From contig CAVQSP010000011.1 of assembly GCA_963715985.1 (NCBI GenBank), positions 96,001 through 160,000 of the forward strand: a DNA stretch of 64,000 nucleotides. The letters are read 5' to 3'. Numbering within the stretch: position 1 is the first letter of the stretch; each line of letters starts with the position of its first letter. This DNA is from an uncultured Thermoleophilia bacterium (lineage in GTDB: Bacteria; Actinomycetota; Thermoleophilia; UBA2241). The position numbers were made by a program, and so were the translations under genes. This document shows, piece by piece, positions 62,257-64,000 of the stretch. Under the pieces are notes generated by a model. The model was given only the letters and a program-made list of their open reading frames with translations. It searched no databases and was not told the origin of the DNA.

Positions 62257-62842
62257 CTTCTTTCCTGCACATCATGTGTTTCGTCGATGCCGTATCCCCT
62301 TGACGAGACAGCGGCTCCGCGTGATTCGTACTCCCCTTGTAGTCCCTCTGTCGTACAGCTCAGGCACATGCTTTCCACTGTGCCTCCGGCAGGTGGGTGT
62401 CAGTTCAGAACGCGGCTCCGGCTCCCGCGCGACGGTGGCTCCGGTAGCTGTGCCACAGCCCTGAGGTCTCTCAGCCGGCGTCAGCCCTTGCTCGATAGCG
62501 ACCCTGCAGGAGCCGGTCAACGCCAAAGCCTATCGCCTGCGGCGCTCCGGGCAGATTATAGTCCGGGGACAGGCGTGGAGGGACCATGATCGCCGCAGCG
62601 TGCGGACCGACGACTCATTGGGCCGGCCGGACGATCACCCGCGAGGGCGAGGTCTTCGTGCGCGAAGGCCACGACCCGTCTCGGCTGCCGGGTTCATCGA
62701 GTGCGACAGGCAAGCGCCTGTTGTCTGGGTAGACGACGGGCCGCGCCACGCTGCGTACCGGGTCCCAACGTGGGCTCGCCGTGAGCAGCCGCCTGTCAAC
62801 GAGCGACCAAGTCGTAGATCGACGCCGTGAGCATGACAACGA

Positions 62843-63070
62843 CATGACTGCGCATGTCGACACCGCCATGCACCAGCTCGTGGTGACGGGCCCGCAGCGC
62901 GATCGGCTCTACCAGCATTTCGGTCGCCTCTTCTGGGGGCGGGATGGGGTCGAAGTCGTCAAGGACCGCCGCGTCGCCGAGCGACGGCGGGACCGCTCGA
63001 AGACCCTGTCGAGCGCCGCTCGCACGAGCGTCGCCGCGCCGCGCCGGATTGGGCGTTCCCGCCGTCCTGA
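62843..63070 (+). CDS. Small protein with DRR/ERR repeats, probably frameshifted
   Basis: LYQHFGRLFWGRDGVEVVKDRRVAERRRDR, then ERRSHERRRAAPDWAFPPS-stop in the next frame. Confidence 0.5.
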   Translation, partial: HDCACRHRHAPARGDGPAARSALPAFRSPLLGAGWGRSRQGPPRRRATAGPLEDPVERRSHERRRAAPDWAFPPS

Positions 63071-63266
63071 AGGCGCCGTCTCCCGACCGCTCCCATGCAG
63101 GCGCACGGATTCGGTGCGCAGACGGGTTGCAGAGCGGCTCTCCGGAGGCCTCGCGGAAGGCGCGCAGGACGGGCGCAGCACGACGAAACGGCGTCGGCAT
63201 TGTCACCCCTGACAACGTTGGCTATGCTCCGAGCGGCCGAGCCCTGCGAACACCCTAGAAGAGAGC

Positions 63267-63728
63267 TTGGTGGAGTCGGCTGCACCACTCAGACTGCGCG
63301 GACGCGACCGGCGGCGAACCCGCCGGTTCGTCTTGGTCGAGCGACGCTCGGGGTTCGAGCGGCGATGGACGCTGCGCCGCACGCCGTTCGGCGTCGCACT
63401 CGACGCATCGCTCGCGTACCTGCGCGATCACCAGCCCGCGCTCGTGGCGATCCTGGCGCTCGCCAATCTGCTCAGCCTGCTTGACCTCGGGCTCACCTCG
63501 ATCGCCCTGCGTCTCGGCGTCGCCGAGGTCAACCCCGTCATGCGGCACTTCTTCGAGGCCGGCGCCACGCAGGCGGCGGCCGTCAAGTGCTGCCTCGTCG
63601 TCGCCGCGTCCCTCGGGCTCTGGACGCTGCGGCGCTACCGACGGGCGCTGATGACGGCGCTCTTCTTCCTCGCCCTCTATGGCGCGGTGGTGCTCTACGA
63701 GTTCGTCGGCCTTGCCTGGCTGAGCTGA
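63267..63728 (+). CDS. DUF5658-like membrane protein with N-terminal DRR/ERR repeats
   Basis: NLLSLLDLGLT...EVNPVM...K motif and TM helices. Confidence 0.75.
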   Translation: MVESAAPLRLRGRDRRRTRRFVLVERRSGFERRWTLRRTPFGVALDASLAYLRDHQPALVAILALANLLSLLDLGLTSIALRLGVAEVNPVMRHFFEAGATQAAAVKCCLVVAASLGLWTLRRYRRALMTALFFLALYGAVVLYEFVGLAWLS

Positions 63729-63768
63729 CGCAGGCCCTCGGGTCACGCCGCGCGCGACCGGCACGCCT

Positions 63769-63975
63769 CTAGGTCGAGACCAGCTTCTCGAAGAGCGCCT
63801 TGGCGAACTCGGTCCGCATCCCTTGGGCGAGCGCCAGGGAGACGTCGAACGCCTCGTCGCACAGCAGCCCCATCTGGAGGTCGATCTCGGAGATGCCGAG
63901 CGCCTCCCGAGCGCTCTCGAGCTCGACGCCGGAGGCCACCTGCCGGAGCAGGCGCTCGCGCTGTTCGCTGGTCAT
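63769..63975 (-). CDS. Small hypothetical protein, possibly HTH-like
   Basis: MTSEQRERLLRQVASGVELESAREALGIS. Confidence 0.45.
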   Translation of the reverse strand: MTSEQRERLLRQVASGVELESAREALGISEIDLQMGLLCDEAFDVSLALAQGMRTEFAKALFEKLVST

Positions 63976-64000
63976 CACGTGGCGAGTCACCCCACCGCCG

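Noticed and set aside
62420-62540. c-di-GMP-I riboswitch
   Set aside because: Only scattered fragments (ACGCCAAAGCC, GGAGCCACCG) on opposite strands; no coherent P2/P3 fold.

Overview
High-GC actinobacterial chromosome segment. Gene content suggests a deep-branching, probably anaerobic lineage such as Thermoleophilia (inference). It contains: (i) housekeeping genes ricT/PSP1-holB-tmk-topA; (ii) the conserved pknB-pbpA-rodA-pstP-fhaB-fhaA cluster next to tRNA-Leu(CAG); (iii) pheA, serS and two toxin-antitoxin pairs; (iv) a ~9 kb island in tRNA-Ser(TGA), bounded by a 52-bp direct repeat, carrying a truncated tyrosine integrase and a ~2,360-aa modular surface protein preceded by a c-di-GMP-II-like (GAG variant) riboswitch and an unexplained rod-like inverted repeat; (v) glnA with a leader encoding an AmtB-N-terminus-like 16-aa peptide; (vi) a CODH/ACS (Wood-Ljungdahl) operon, cooS-acsB-acsD-acsC-acsV-cooC-acsE, with an upstream Rex-like box, a Cys-less HMA-fold lead gene and a His-rich CooS tail; (vii) peptidases, tRNA-Ser(GCT), tRNA-Arg(ACG) and a downstream accessory region. 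Many genes carry single-base frameshifts, most likely assembly indels. All calls come from reading the sequence and motifs; no searches were run.
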